Shown here piece after piece: positions 46,401-55,661 of a stretch of DNA of 64,000 bases. The DNA is from Paludibacteraceae bacterium (lineage in GTDB: Bacteria; Bacteroidota; Bacteroidia; Bacteroidales; Paludibacteraceae): positions 517 through 64,516 of the forward strand of contig JBGVMY010000005.1 of NCBI GenBank assembly GCA_045124995.1, in the 5' to 3' direction. The stretch's first letter is position 1; every line of letters starts with the position of its first letter. The notes beneath the pieces were generated by a model, which worked only from the letters and a program-made list of their open reading frames with translations, searched no databases and was not told the origin of the DNA. Both the position numbers and the translations under genes were made by a program.

Positions 46401-46939
46401 TTGCCTCTCCTTTCTTTTAGCCAAGTGAATAACAATGTAACAAGTGCGGTCACGAGGATAATCCATACAGGGGATAGACCTCCAAGCCAGATTAGCAGCG
46501 CACCTGCGATAGGGATACTGGCAGTTGCCCAACTAACCTTGGCACTCACTGCCATTCGGCAGAGTGGTGCTGCAATCAAGGCTACTACCGCAGGACGGAT
46601 GCCCTTGAAGATGGCTTCGACGGCAGGCAAGTCTTTGTAGTCTTGGAAGACCATGGCAATTGCCAATATTATGAGGAAAGAAGGCAGTACCGCACCCAGC
46701 ACGGTGGCAATCACACCACGCCATCCGCCAATGCGCCAACCAATAAAAATAGCCGAATTCACCGCAATTAGTCCAGGGGCAGCTTGCGCAAGGGCAATCA
46801 TGTTGAGGAACTCCTCGCGGTCAATCCATCCTTTGCGATCCACTATCTCGCGCTCAATCATAGACAACATCACATAGCCACCTCCGATGGTGAAGGTGCC
46901 AATCTTGAGATATGTCCAGAAGAGTTGGAGATAGAGCAT
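46397..46939 (-). CDS. chrA: chromate transporter (CHR) half-size subunit
   Basis: ..LKIGTFTIGGGYVM..LAQAAPG... It pairs with the downstream half. Confidence 0.85.
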   Translation of the reverse strand: MLYLQLFWTYLKIGTFTIGGGYVMLSMIEREIVDRKGWIDREEFLNMIALAQAAPGLIAVNSAIFIGWRIGGWRGVIATVLGAVLPSFLIILAIAMVFQDYKDLPAVEAIFKGIRPAVVALIAAPLCRMAVSAKVSWATASIPIAGALLIWLGGLSPVWIILVTALVTLLFTWLKERRGK

Positions 46940-46940
46940 T

Positions 46941-46975
46941 GTTTAGTGTTTAGTGAACGCTTCGCTACTGTTTAG
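46941..46975. repeat. 7-bp tandem repeat abutting the chrA start
   Basis: GTTTAGT GTTTAGT GAACGCT.. on the plus strand, which is TAAACAC units on the coding strand. The clpP leader uses the same unit. Confidence 0.75.
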
Positions 46976-47004
46976 AGGACGGTTTCGCCTATTGGACGCC
47001 CTGC

Positions 47005-47046
47005 GGGCTATGGGTTATGGGTTATTGGCAATTGGTTATTGGTTAT
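47005..47046. repeat. 7-bp tandem repeat overlapping the udk 3' end
   Basis: GGGCTAT GGGTTAT GGGTTAT TGGCAAT TGGTTAT TGGTTAT. The last units encode the final codons (..AHNQ) and the stop of udk. Confidence 0.85.
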
Positions 47047-47662
47047 GGGCTTTCTCTTTGAGTTCTTGTTTGATGAACTTCACGAGCATGTTGATGGCAG
47101 CATTGTTGTGTCCACCTTGTGGGATGATAACGTCTGCATAGCGTTTGCATGTCTCGATAAACTGCTCGTGCATAGGTTTGAGGACACGTTGGTAACGCTC
47201 CATGACAGCTTCGATTGTGCGTCCGCGTTCCACAATATCGCGTTGCGCAACACGTATGAGGCGGTCATCGGCATCAGCATCTACGAATATCTTGAGATCC
47301 ATCTGTTGGCGGAGATGGTAGTCGCGCAATGCCATAATACCCTCTACAATGATAATCTCGCGTGGCTCGACATGAATGGTCTCTTTTTGGCGCGAAGATG
47401 TGATATAGTCGTAGATAGGTTGCTCGATGGATTCGCCGTTTTTGAGCATTTCGATATGCTTAGCAAGCAGAGGCCATTCGAAAGCATCAGGGTGGTCAAA
47501 ATTGATGTTTTGACGTTCCTCCGCAGGTACATGACTGCTGTCCTTGTAGTAAGAGTCTTGAGGGATAACAACTACTTCGCCTTTTGGAAGGCGTTCGAGA
47601 AGTTTGCGTACCACGGTTGTTTTTCCTGAGCCGGTACCGCCCGCAATGCCGATGATGAACAT
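47036..47662 (-). CDS. udk: uridine kinase
   Basis: P-loop GIAGGTGSGKTT and the Udk family pattern. Confidence 0.93.
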   Translation of the reverse strand: MFIIGIAGGTGSGKTTVVRKLLERLPKGEVVVIPQDSYYKDSSHVPAEERQNINFDHPDAFEWPLLAKHIEMLKNGESIEQPIYDYITSSRQKETIHVEPREIIIVEGIMALRDYHLRQQMDLKIFVDADADDRLIRVAQRDIVERGRTIEAVMERYQRVLKPMHEQFIETCKRYADVIIPQGGHNNAAINMLVKFIKQELKEKAHNQ

Positions 47663-47671
47663 ATTTTTTGT

Positions 47672-47720
47672 GGTTATAGGACGCCTTAATGGCTATAGGA
47701 CGGCGTTCCGCCTATAGGAG
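47672..47720. repeat. 19-bp periodic repeat in the udk 5' leader
   Basis: TATAGGA occurs at 47675, 47694 and 47713, with GC-rich fillers between copies. Confidence 0.75.
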
Positions 47721-47759
47721 CTTCGCTACAGGGTCCTCGTTGTTTGTTAATATCGGGTG

Positions 47760-47790
47760 CAAAGTTAGTGTTTTTTTTGCAAATACGCAA
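47760..47790 (-). promoter_or_regulatory. promoter for udk-chrA
   Basis: The minus strand reads TTTGCGTATTTGC, a 20-nt spacer, then TAacTTTG. Confidence 0.65.
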
Positions 47791-47807
47791 ATTTTAGCGT
47801 ATCTTTG
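47776..47807 (+). promoter_or_regulatory. divergent promoter toward the ECF sigma gene
   Basis: TTTG (47776-47779), a 20-nt spacer, then TAtcTTTG (47800-47807). Its -33 region overlaps that of the udk promoter. Confidence 0.55.
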
Positions 47808-47904
47808 CAAAATATTTAGAAAAAAGTGAAAAAATGTTGTAGCAAATCAGATAGGAGGTGCGTCTAATGGGCAGATGTAGTCAAAAAAACGCGGCAGGGT
47901 GGCT

Positions 47905-48070
47905 CAAAAGTGGGGTAAAAGTGGGAGGAAAGTAGCGTAAAGGCTCGGTAAAGTATCGGCAATAACTAAGTTATCACTAACTAATCACTAACTTATCACT
48001 AACTAATCACTAACTAACGACGGCTAAATGACGGCTAAACGATAGCATACAAATAGCATACAAACAAAAG
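47905..48070. repeat. 166-bp array of about 15 consecutive 11-bp units
   Basis: CAAAAGTGGGG TAAAAGTGGGA GGAAAGTAGCG TAAAGGCTCGG TAAAGTATCGG CAATAACTAAG TTATCACTAAC TAATCACTAAC TTATCACTAAC TAATCACTAAC TAACGACGGC TAAATGACGGC TAAACGATAGCA TACAAATAGCA TACAAACAAAAG. Confidence 0.9.
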
Positions 48071-48076
48071 AACGAT

Positions 48077-48640
48077 ATGAAACAAACAGAAAAAGAATTT
48101 GCGGCCCTGGTCAAGGAGCAGAAAAGCACGATATATAGTATCTGCTATATGTTCTCCAAAGACAAGGATGAGATAGATGATCTGTTTCAAGAGACATTGA
48201 TCCATCTGTGGCAGGGCTTTGAGAAATTTCGCAACGAGAGTAAAATTGAGACATGGGTGTATCGCGTGACGATGAACACCTGTATCTCAATGGACAGAAA
48301 ACAGAAAAGACGCGGCGAGCGTATTCCGTTGGCGGTGGACATTGACTTGTTCGATGAAAACGACAAAGACATGGAGCAAGTGCAGATGCTTTACAAGCGG
48401 ATTCAGAAACTTGGGTTGTTTGACAGAGCGATAATCATGCTTTGGTTGGAGAACCTAAGTTACGATGAAATCGGGGAAATCGTAGGCATTAGTGCGAAAA
48501 ATGTGTCGGTACGACTGGTGCGTATTCGTGAACAACTTAGGAAAATTAATAGTTACTATTTCGTTGAGAACTATAAACCTTATAAACGATATATATTATG
48601 GATGAATTGCAAGAAATGCGCGAGCAACTGGCTGCGCTGA
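48077..48640 (+). CDS. ECF-type RNA polymerase sigma-70 factor
   Basis: Region 2 (..ETLIHLWQGFEKF..TWVYRVTMNTCI..) and region 4 (..LSYDEIGEIVGISAKNVSVRLVRIR..). Confidence 0.88.
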   Translation: MKQTEKEFAALVKEQKSTIYSICYMFSKDKDEIDDLFQETLIHLWQGFEKFRNESKIETWVYRVTMNTCISMDRKQKRRGERIPLAVDIDLFDENDKDMEQVQMLYKRIQKLGLFDRAIIMLWLENLSYDEIGEIVGISAKNVSVRLVRIREQLRKINSYYFVENYKPYKRYILWMNCKKCASNWLR

Positions 48641-49230
48641 AAGAGAAATTGAATAAGCAGGAGATAGTCAATGAAAGACTTATGCGGGATGTATTGGTGA
48701 AAAAACAAAGAAAAGATGTAATAGGCTCATGGGTTTTGCTGATCTTCTTGGGTAGTGTGCTTGTTTTTATATGGACGATGAAACTTTGTGTGCCAGAGAT
48801 GGATGTGGATTGGTGGCAACTAGGTTATTTGACTATCGCATCTATCTTAATGCTTGTAATTACAATAACACCCGTTTTTATGATTAAGATGAAAGATATT
48901 CGTTCTGGTCAATTATTGGACGTAGCAAAACAAATGAAGCGATCACATACATATATAAATGGTCAAGGGCATAAACTAATGATTTTAATAATCACATTGG
49001 GACTTGTTTTTGATTTTACACCTTCAACGTTCCATGGCGGAAAAGTGGATTGGGTAGGAGTTTGTATGTCTATTGTATGTTTGTTAACTATATTTATTAT
49101 CGGTATAGTTCGTAGGTCACGGGGTAAGAGTTTTTATAGAAATAGATGGGAGAAGGAACTGGAACAAATTGAAGAAATGTCCGATTTAAACGAGGGAAAT
49201 GATAAGGCGGAATCGGAAACGAAAAACTGA
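48598..49230 (+). CDS. membrane protein, candidate anti-sigma partner
   Basis: N-terminal coiled coil (MDELQEMREQLAALKEKL..) followed by four TM helices. It overlaps the sigma gene by 43 nt. Confidence 0.6.
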   Translation: MDELQEMREQLAALKEKLNKQEIVNERLMRDVLVKKQRKDVIGSWVLLIFLGSVLVFIWTMKLCVPEMDVDWWQLGYLTIASILMLVITITPVFMIKMKDIRSGQLLDVAKQMKRSHTYINGQGHKLMILIITLGLVFDFTPSTFHGGKVDWVGVCMSIVCLLTIFIIGIVRRSRGKSFYRNRWEKELEQIEEMSDLNEGNDKAESETKN

Positions 49231-49260
49231 AAAGTGAACACTCGAAGTGGAAAATGATAG

Positions 49261-49298
49261 AAAAAACGCATATCTCTTGCAGAAGTGCGTTTTTTTTT
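49261..49298 (+). terminator. terminator that embeds the -33 of the rsfS promoter
   Basis: 10-bp stem AAAAAACGCA / TGCGTTTTTT with a 15-nt loop, then a T-run. Confidence 0.6.
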
Positions 49299-49307
49299 GT
49301 ACCTTTG
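49277..49307 (+). promoter_or_regulatory. promoter for rsfS-ftsH-M16
   Basis: CTTGCAG (TTG at 49277-49279), a 20-nt spacer, then TAccTTTG (49300-49307). Confidence 0.65.
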
Positions 49308-49402
49308 CACGGATTTTTATACAATGCAGAAATATGCCAAAATGGCAGGCGAGTTGCGTTTGGCAAGGAATTTGTAGGAATAATAGAAAACAAAAATACA
49401 TA

Positions 49403-49768
49403 ATGAAAAAAGAAGTATCAACAAAGAAATTGGTAGAGACGATTGTAGAAGGTATTCAAAATCGTAAGGGACAACGTATCGTGACTGTGGATTTGCGTAA
49501 GTTGAAAGACGCACCTGCGGAGTATTTTATCATTGCTGAAGGTGGTAGTAATACCCAAGTAGTGGCTATTGCAGATGAGGTGGATAGTTTTGTACGCACT
49601 CAAACGCACGTTCACCCATTGGGCATCGACGGACGCGACAACGCAGAGTGGATAGCCATGGACTACGGCACGATATTTGTGCATATCATGCAACGTGAGC
49701 CACGTGCGTACTACGATATTGAGCATCTGTGGGCAGACGGCAAGATCACAGAGATCGCGGATGTGTAA
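49403..49768 (+). CDS. rsfS: ribosome silencing factor
   Basis: 121 aa in the RsfS/iojap pattern (..DYFIIAEG.S..Q..AI..). The start is the internal ATG downstream of the promoter. Confidence 0.88.
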   Translation: MKKEVSTKKLVETIVEGIQNRKGQRIVTVDLRKLKDAPAEYFIIAEGGSNTQVVAIADEVDSFVRTQTHVHPLGIDGRDNAEWIAMDYGTIFVHIMQREPRAYYDIEHLWADGKITEIADV

Positions 49769-49772
49769 TGTT

Positions 49773-49793
49773 GAATTAAGAATTAAGAATTAT
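49773..49793. repeat. 7-bp tandem repeat abutting the ftsH start
   Basis: GAATTAA GAATTAA GAATTAT C-ATG. Confidence 0.8.
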
Positions 49794-49794
49794 C

Positions 49795-51891
49795 ATGGCA
49801 GAACAACAAAAGCCAACACCTAAACAACCAAACAAACAGAATAAGAAGCCAAAGCGTTCGCCGCTGACATGGCTCTATTATGCTGTGATGATCGGTCTGC
49901 TGGTGTTTTTCTTCTTCCCTGTGGGGGGTGAGAAAGGTGCAGACAAGAACTTGAGTTATACCAAGTTTACTGCGTATATCGACAACGATGCTGTAGCATC
50001 GGTCGTGGTGTACGATGATAATAGTGCTGAGGCGAAGATTCGCCCCGAGAGTTATGCCCTTGTGTTTGGTAACCAAGAGGCAGGCGAGGACGTGAAAGGC
50101 AAACTGAAAGCCCAAGTGCCTTCGGTGGAGGAGTTTGCGAAATACATTGATACTGTGAATGTTAGTCGCAAAGAAAATGGCAAAGCGGCGATTGATGTCA
50201 GTTATGCCAAGTCGAAAGACTACTGGTATATGATATTGGTGAATATCTTGCCTATCGCGCTGATTGTGCTGTTCTTCGTATGGATGAGCCGCGGTATGGC
50301 GAACGCAGCAGGCGGCGGTCCTGGCGGTATCTTCAACGTGGGTAAAGCCAAAGCGGAGGTGTTTGACAAGGACAAGAAGAACAAAGTGACCTTCAAGGAT
50401 GTGGCAGGTTTGGCAGGCGCTAAGCAAGAGGTAGAAGAGATTGTTTCGTTCCTCAAGAACCCAACCAAATACACCAACTTGGGCGGTAAGATTCCTAAGG
50501 GAGTGCTGCTGGTAGGCCCTCCAGGAACGGGTAAGACTTTGCTAGCAAAGGCAGTGGCAGGCGAAGCGAATGTGCCATTCTTCTCGATGTCGGGTAGCGA
50601 CTTTGTGGAGATGTTCGTAGGTGTGGGTGCGAGTCGTGTGCGCGATTTGTTCCGTCAAGCGAAGGAGAAGGCCCCTGCGATTATCTTTATTGATGAGATT
50701 GATGCTGTGGGTCGTGCCCGTGGCAGAAATAATATGATGGGTGGTGGCAACGATGAGCGCGAATCTACTTTGAATCAATTGCTTACCGAGATGGACGGTT
50801 TTGGCAGTAACTCGGGCGTGATTATCTTGGCAGCCACCAACCGTGCGGATGTGCTGGATGCCGCATTGCTGCGTGCAGGTCGTTTTGACCGTCAGATACA
50901 TGTGGAGTTGCCAGACTTGCAAGAGCGTAAAGAGATTTTTGGTGTACACTTGGCACCTATCAAGATAGACAAGGATTTGGATATCAATTTCTTGGCAAAG
51001 CAAACACCAGGATTCTCGGGTGCGGATATTGCGAATGTCTGCAACGAGGCAGCGTTGATAGCAGCGCGTAATGACCACAAGAGCGTGAGCAAGCAAGACT
51101 TTATGGATGCGGTGGACCGTATCATTGGCGGTTTGGAACGCAAGAATAAAATTATGACCGAGGAGGAGAAACGTTCAGTAGCGTATCACGAGGCAGGTCA
51201 TGCTACTATCTCTTGGCTCTTGCGCTATGGTAATCCTTTGGTGAAGGTGACTATCGTGCCTCGCGGAATGGCGTTGGGCGCAGCATGGTACTTGCCTGAG
51301 GAGCGACAACTGACTAACAAAGAGCATATTATGGATAACCTCTGTTCGTTGTTGGGCGGTCGTGCTGCGGAAGAAGTGTTCTTGAAGCAGACTTCCACAG
51401 GTGCACTGAACGACTTAGAGCGCGCTACCAAACAAGCATACGCGATGGTGGCATACTATGGTATGTCCGACAAGTTGAAGAACCTCAGTTATTACGATTC
51501 GACGGGCAGATATGATATGGGAATTACTAAACCCTACTCGGAGAAGACAGCGGAAGTGATTGATAATGAGACAAGTGCGATCATTGCCGAGCAGATGGCT
51601 CGTGCGAAGAGGATCCTTGAGGAGAATGCAGAAGGACATAATAAGTTGGCCGAGATGCTGATCGAGAAAGAGGTGATTACTTCGGAGGATGTTGAATCGG
51701 TATTGGGTCCACGTCCTTGGACTAGCCGCACCGATGAAATCATCGAGGCAAATGAGGCGATGAGGCGAGAAGGCGATGAGGCAAAAACCGAGGAGAAACC
51801 AAAGAAGAAACGCGCGCCTCGTAAGAAGAAAGAGGAAACGGAACCAACTACGATAGAAGAACCATCAATTCCTAATAGTGAAACGATCTAA
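49795..51891 (+). CDS. ftsH: ATP-dependent zinc metalloprotease FtsH
   Basis: Walker A GPPGTGKT, the SRH region and zinc motif HEAGHA. It has a Lys/Glu-rich C-terminal tail. Confidence 0.97.
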   Translation: MAEQQKPTPKQPNKQNKKPKRSPLTWLYYAVMIGLLVFFFFPVGGEKGADKNLSYTKFTAYIDNDAVASVVVYDDNSAEAKIRPESYALVFGNQEAGEDVKGKLKAQVPSVEEFAKYIDTVNVSRKENGKAAIDVSYAKSKDYWYMILVNILPIALIVLFFVWMSRGMANAAGGGPGGIFNVGKAKAEVFDKDKKNKVTFKDVAGLAGAKQEVEEIVSFLKNPTKYTNLGGKIPKGVLLVGPPGTGKTLLAKAVAGEANVPFFSMSGSDFVEMFVGVGASRVRDLFRQAKEKAPAIIFIDEIDAVGRARGRNNMMGGGNDERESTLNQLLTEMDGFGSNSGVIILAATNRADVLDAALLRAGRFDRQIHVELPDLQERKEIFGVHLAPIKIDKDLDINFLAKQTPGFSGADIANVCNEAALIAARNDHKSVSKQDFMDAVDRIIGGLERKNKIMTEEEKRSVAYHEAGHATISWLLRYGNPLVKVTIVPRGMALGAAWYLPEERQLTNKEHIMDNLCSLLGGRAAEEVFLKQTSTGALNDLERATKQAYAMVAYYGMSDKLKNLSYYDSTGRYDMGITKPYSEKTAEVIDNETSAIIAEQMARAKRILEENAEGHNKLAEMLIEKEVITSEDVESVLGPRPWTSRTDEIIEANEAMRREGDEAKTEEKPKKKRAPRKKKEETEPTTIEEPSIPNSETI

Positions 51892-51906
51892 ATAATATAT
51901 AAGGTT

Positions 51907-54705
51907 ATGAAAAAGTTTATTCTTAGCACCCTGGTGCTGGCGTTGTCTCTCAGTATGGCAGCGCAACAACCACAACCACTGCCAATCGACTCGGCAGTAC
52001 GTGTGGGAAAGTTGGATAATGGTCTGACTTATTACATTCGTCACAATGAATATCCTAAACAACGTGCGGAGTTCCATATCGCGCAAGCGGTAGGTGCAAC
52101 TATGGAAGAAGACCACCAAAATGGTTTGGCGCACTTCCTCGAGCACATGGCATTCAACGGAACAGAGCACTTTGAGGGAAAAGGTATCATCGAATATTTC
52201 GAGTCTATCGGTGTGAACTTCGGTGGTAATATCAATGCGTACACTTCGTTGGATGAGACAGTATATCGATTGAGCGAGGTACCAACTGTTCGCGAGGGCA
52301 TTATTGACTCTGCTTTGCTTGTGATGCACGACTGGGCTTGCGGTCTCTCGCTTTTGGAGGATGAGATTGATGCTGAGCGTGGTGTGATCCGCGAAGAGTG
52401 GCGTACTGGCGCACAAGCTAACCGCCGTATGTGGAAGGCTATCAATCCATTGAAATACCCAGGTAGCCAATATGCGAAACGCGATGTGATTGGTGATACC
52501 GCCGTTATCAACAACTTTACCTATGATGCACTTCGCGATTACTACAAGAAATGGTATGGTCCAGATAACCAAGCGATTATCGTAGTGGGTGATATTGATG
52601 TAGATCAAATCGAGCAAAAGATCAAAGCTCTTTGGGCAGATGTACCTGCACGCGTGAACCGCGGTGAGCGTCCATTGTACTCAGTGGATGACAACGCAGA
52701 ACCTATCGTGGCCATCGTGCGCGATAAGGAGGCTCAATACACACGCATTGAGATGGAGTTTAAGAAACCTCAATTGCCAAAGCAATTCCGTTGCACCGAT
52801 ATGGCATATGTACAAAGTCTTGCTCTCGATCTCGTTTGCGAGATGTTCAATAACCGCCTCTCCGAGCTTAGCATGAAGCCAGAAGCTACTTTCGTAGGTG
52901 CTGGTTCATACTACGGTGAGTTGGTAAAAGAGAAAGATGCATTTGTAGCAATCTATCTGGCAAAGCAAGGTCAAGAGGTGGCAGCATACAAGGACCTGCT
53001 CACTCAATTGGAGAAGATGCGTCGCTATGGCTTCACTACTTCGGAGTTAGAGCGTGTGAAGAAAGAGTGCTTGGCAGCTTATGAGAAAGCATACAACGAG
53101 CGTGGTACGGTACGCAATATCAATCGTGCACAAGAGTGCATCCGCCACTATTTGGATGATTCACCTATACCAGGCGAAGAATGGGAGTATCAAATGGTAC
53201 AACAAATCTTGCCTATGTTGGGCGTAGATATGCTCAATCAAATTGCACAAAACTTGGTAACTGATGAGAACTTGATCATCTCTTTCCAAGCTCCAGAAGA
53301 CAAGAGTGTTGTTCTTCCAACCGAGGCAGAGGCAGTGGAGATGTTGGCAGCGGTGAAGAACGAGGAGATTGAGGCTCCTGTGGAGGAGGCTATCCGTGAA
53401 AACTTGGTAGAGACAGCTCCAAAAGCAGGCAAGATCAAAAAGACCAACTATATTGAGAGTTTGGGCGCAACCGAGTGGACACTCTCTAATGGTGTGCGTG
53501 TAGTGGTGAAACCTACTACCTTCAAGCAAGACGAGATTCTCTTCTACGCATTCTCACAAGGTGGTTATTCGTTGGTAGCAACAGCGGATCTTCCTTCAGC
53601 AGCATTGGCTACTGATGTCGTAGAGTTGGGCGGTTTGGCTGATATGAGTGCAACCGACTTGCAAAAAGCATTGACAGGCAAACGCGTATCAGTAAGCCCA
53701 AGTATCAGTGCATATAACGAAAGTGTGAGTGGCTCAAGCACAATTAAGGATTTGGAGACAATGCTCCAACTCAACTACCTCTATTTCACTGCTCCACGCC
53801 GTGATGAGGAGTCTTATCAAACGTTGATAAGTATTTTGAATAGTCAATTGGCAAACCGCGATAAGAATCCTAAAGTGGCATTCTCTGACTCTGTGCAAAT
53901 GATGCAAACTGACCATTCAGATCGTACTATTATTTTCAATAAAGCGATGTTGGATAAGGCGTCTTTGGATAAGGCGTTAGAGGTTTATAAGGCTCGTTTT
54001 GCTAATCCTGCCGACTTCACTTTCTTCTTCGTGGGTAATGTAGATCCTAACGATGAGGCTTTCCAAACACAAGTGCGCACATGGTTAGGCGGATTGAAGA
54101 CAAACAAGAAATTGGAGAAGGCAGCAGATGATAAAGTGCGCGTGGCAATGGGCATCCAAAAGAACTATTTCACTCGCCAAATGGAGACTAAGACCGCAAG
54201 CAACCGTATCCAATATACTTCATACGATATGCCATATACCTTGGCTAACGATTTGAATATGGAGATGATTGGTCGTATTCTCTCGACTCGCTACCTGGAG
54301 TCTATCCGCGAGCGTGAAGGTGGCTCGTATGGCGTAGGTTGTGCTGCTTGGATGAACCGTCACCCAGTACCATATGCACAACTTATCATGCAGTTTGATA
54401 CCGATCCTGAGAAGCAAGAGAAACTGATGAATATCATCCATGAGGAGGTGATGACCATCGTGGAGAATGGTCCTTTGGCAAAAGACCTGAACAAAGAGAA
54501 AGAGTCTATGCTCAAAGACTTTCAAGAGGATTTGGAAAAGAATAGTTATTGGAAATCAGTTCTCTCGATCTACTACAAGAATGGTATTAACTATATCACT
54601 GACTACAAGGCAGCTGTGGAGAATATCACCGCTGAGAGCGTACAAGCAACCTTGAAGAAGTTGGTTGAGGCAGGCAATATGTTTGAGGTAGTCATGCTGC
54701 CATAA
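51907..54705 (+). CDS. M16 family (insulinase-like) zinc peptidase
   Basis: 932 aa with a signal peptide, the inverted zinc motif HFLEH and two M16 halves. Confidence 0.9.
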   Translation: MKKFILSTLVLALSLSMAAQQPQPLPIDSAVRVGKLDNGLTYYIRHNEYPKQRAEFHIAQAVGATMEEDHQNGLAHFLEHMAFNGTEHFEGKGIIEYFESIGVNFGGNINAYTSLDETVYRLSEVPTVREGIIDSALLVMHDWACGLSLLEDEIDAERGVIREEWRTGAQANRRMWKAINPLKYPGSQYAKRDVIGDTAVINNFTYDALRDYYKKWYGPDNQAIIVVGDIDVDQIEQKIKALWADVPARVNRGERPLYSVDDNAEPIVAIVRDKEAQYTRIEMEFKKPQLPKQFRCTDMAYVQSLALDLVCEMFNNRLSELSMKPEATFVGAGSYYGELVKEKDAFVAIYLAKQGQEVAAYKDLLTQLEKMRRYGFTTSELERVKKECLAAYEKAYNERGTVRNINRAQECIRHYLDDSPIPGEEWEYQMVQQILPMLGVDMLNQIAQNLVTDENLIISFQAPEDKSVVLPTEAEAVEMLAAVKNEEIEAPVEEAIRENLVETAPKAGKIKKTNYIESLGATEWTLSNGVRVVVKPTTFKQDEILFYAFSQGGYSLVATADLPSAALATDVVELGGLADMSATDLQKALTGKRVSVSPSISAYNESVSGSSTIKDLETMLQLNYLYFTAPRRDEESYQTLISILNSQLANRDKNPKVAFSDSVQMMQTDHSDRTIIFNKAMLDKASLDKALEVYKARFANPADFTFFFVGNVDPNDEAFQTQVRTWLGGLKTNKKLEKAADDKVRVAMGIQKNYFTRQMETKTASNRIQYTSYDMPYTLANDLNMEMIGRILSTRYLESIREREGGSYGVGCAAWMNRHPVPYAQLIMQFDTDPEKQEKLMNIIHEEVMTIVENGPLAKDLNKEKESMLKDFQEDLEKNSYWKSVLSIYYKNGINYITDYKAAVENITAESVQATLKKLVEAGNMFEVVMLP

Positions 54706-54725
54706 GTAAATTGCCTATCAATGAT

Positions 54726-54759
54726 AAAAAAAAGACTGCTGTAAGGCAGTCTTTTTTTG
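54726..54759. terminator. bidirectional terminator
   Basis: A-run, stem AGACTGC / GCAGTCT, then a T-run, between convergent genes. Confidence 0.7.
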
Positions 54760-54775
54760 TGGCATATATTGCTAA

Positions 54776-55243
54776 TTAGTCCATCTGCTTGAGTAGAGAG
54801 GTGCAACCCTCCATCAAGTCGCGGTAGGTGGCTTCGAAGTCGCCTGTGTACCAAGGGTCTGCCACGTCGCGGTCAAGCAAACGGCGAATCTTAGGTTGGG
54901 GCAGGGAGGCGTCATGCTGCATGATGTCCTCACCCAACACACGGCGGAGGTTACGGATATTATAATCTTCCATGCAGAGAATAGCATCAAACGTCTCGTA
55001 ATCTTCACGAGCGATTTGGCGTGCCGCATGGCGCGTGAAAGGAACATTGTGTGCTGAAAGACAACGTTTTGCAGGTGGGTACATGTCGTTTCCAATCTCC
55101 TCGCGTGAAGTAGCGCAAGAGTCAATCAGGATGGAGTCTAAATTTGATAATCTAATGTCTAAAGCGACAAGATGGCGCATAATCATCTCTGCCATCACGC
55201 TACGGCAGATATTACCGTGACAGATGAAAAGGATTTTGTTCAT
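54776..55243 (-). CDS. low molecular weight protein-tyrosine phosphatase
   Basis: CX5R(S) P-loop ..FICHGNICRS... Confidence 0.88.
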   Translation of the reverse strand: MNKILFICHGNICRSVMAEMIMRHLVALDIRLSNLDSILIDSCATSREEIGNDMYPPAKRCLSAHNVPFTRHAARQIAREDYETFDAILCMEDYNIRNLRRVLGEDIMQHDASLPQPKIRRLLDRDVADPWYTGDFEATYRDLMEGCTSLLKQMD

Positions 55244-55244
55244 A

Positions 55245-55649
55245 TTAATGAGAATCGTTTTTTGCTTTGGGAAGAATAAAGCCCACTACGATGCAACCAA
55301 TCAGTGCCGCTGCGGCCACAATGATACGTAAAGTGGTGCTATGAATGAAAAATATAAGCGAAATACTAACCATTGTCAACATGAGCAAAACAATATAGAT
55401 GCGTTTGCGGGTTGTAATACCTCCTTTTTGTTGATAATCAATGATATACTTTCCTAAAAAAGATTGCAAAAGCCATGCTTGCAAGCGAGTAGAACTCTTG
55501 TAGAAACACCACGAAGCAAGCAATACAAAGGGTGTGGTAGGCAATCCCGGTACTACAATACCAATTGTACCTAACACTACAGCTATACTTCCCGCAAGGA
55601 TAAATAAATAACGTAGGTGGTTTTGCTTTGAAGAATGGTTTGGAGTCAT
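55245..55649 (-). CDS. ybaN: DUF454 (YbaN) family inner membrane protein
   Basis: ..GIVVPGLPTTPFVLLASWCF.. signature and three TM helices. Confidence 0.8.
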   Translation of the reverse strand: MTPNHSSKQNHLRYLFILAGSIAVVLGTIGIVVPGLPTTPFVLLASWCFYKSSTRLQAWLLQSFLGKYIIDYQQKGGITTRKRIYIVLLMLTMVSISLIFFIHSTTLRIIVAAAALIGCIVVGFILPKAKNDSH

Positions 55650-55661
55650 TGAGCGAGTTGC

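Noticed and set aside
45801-46532. Long form of the distal chromate-transporter half, overlapping the proximal half by 136 nt. The long form of clpC (start at 17182), which overlaps the porin gene, is a similar case.
   Set aside because: Internal ATGs (46400 and 17137) give family-typical N-termini and tidy junctions: ATGA coupling for the transporter pair and a short gap between clpC and the porin gene.
47905-48070. Possible CRISPR array or minisatellite-type contingency locus. The same question applies to 63562-63682.
   Set aside because: The units are only 11 bp, contiguous, with no spacers and no cas genes, so this is not a CRISPR array. The arrays are not inside a coding region, so classic phase-variable frameshifting does not apply. 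I keep them as an unexplained repeat finding.
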